Source: Pocillopora damicornis (lineage: Eukaryota). From it: a DNA stretch of 64,000 bases. The first letter of the stretch is position 1. Each line of letters begins with the position of its first letter. The DNA lies in NCBI RefSeq assembly GCF_003704095.1, contig NW_020846908.1:248001-312000 (forward strand). Reading direction: 5' to 3'. Positions 63,941 through 64,000 of this stretch are shown here, piece after piece. The translations under genes and the position numbers were made by a program. The notes under the pieces were generated by a model. It saw nothing but the letters and a program-made list of their open reading frames with translations. It made no database searches and was not told the origin of the DNA.

Positions 63941-64000
63941 ATAAAACTGAAACAGGTACAATATGATCGACCGAAGTGGAACGTTATCCCATTACTATTA

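Noticed and set aside
1-64000. CRISPR arrays, operons, prokaryotic or viral inserts, rRNA
   Set aside because: No regularly spaced repeats or gene-dense intronless block; the window is ordinary spliceosomal animal DNA.

Overview
AT-rich, intron-containing animal genomic DNA. The repeat families and gene content suggest a cnidarian, probably a scleractinian coral (inference). Gene models were built by hand from splice sites and reading-frame phase. In order: (1) two tail-to-tail DOK-like PH+IRS-type PTB adaptor paralogues, the first with a long array of acidic-YxxL motifs; (2) an intronless class A GPCR with altered activation motifs; (3) a ~1057-aa C9orf43/DUF4647-like gene sharing a short bidirectional promoter (X-box + CRE) with (4) three tandem stomatin (band 7/SPFH) paralogues; (5) a decayed PIF1/Helitron-type helicase fragment; (6) a neverland/DAF-36 Rieske cholesterol 7-desaturase whose third intron holds a Kolobok-like THAP element; (7) a head-to-head intronless class I PITP. 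The strongest novel signal is in the stomatin cluster. Paralogues 1 and 3 both end in UGA (paralogue 3 in the known readthrough context UGA-CUAG), followed by in-frame extensions of different length that converge on the same terminus, LTE(I/V)SVL-stop, a class I PDZ-ligand pattern. Paralogue 2 ends in a tandem UAA-UGA stop. This points to conserved stop-codon readthrough producing PDZ-binding stomatin isoforms.
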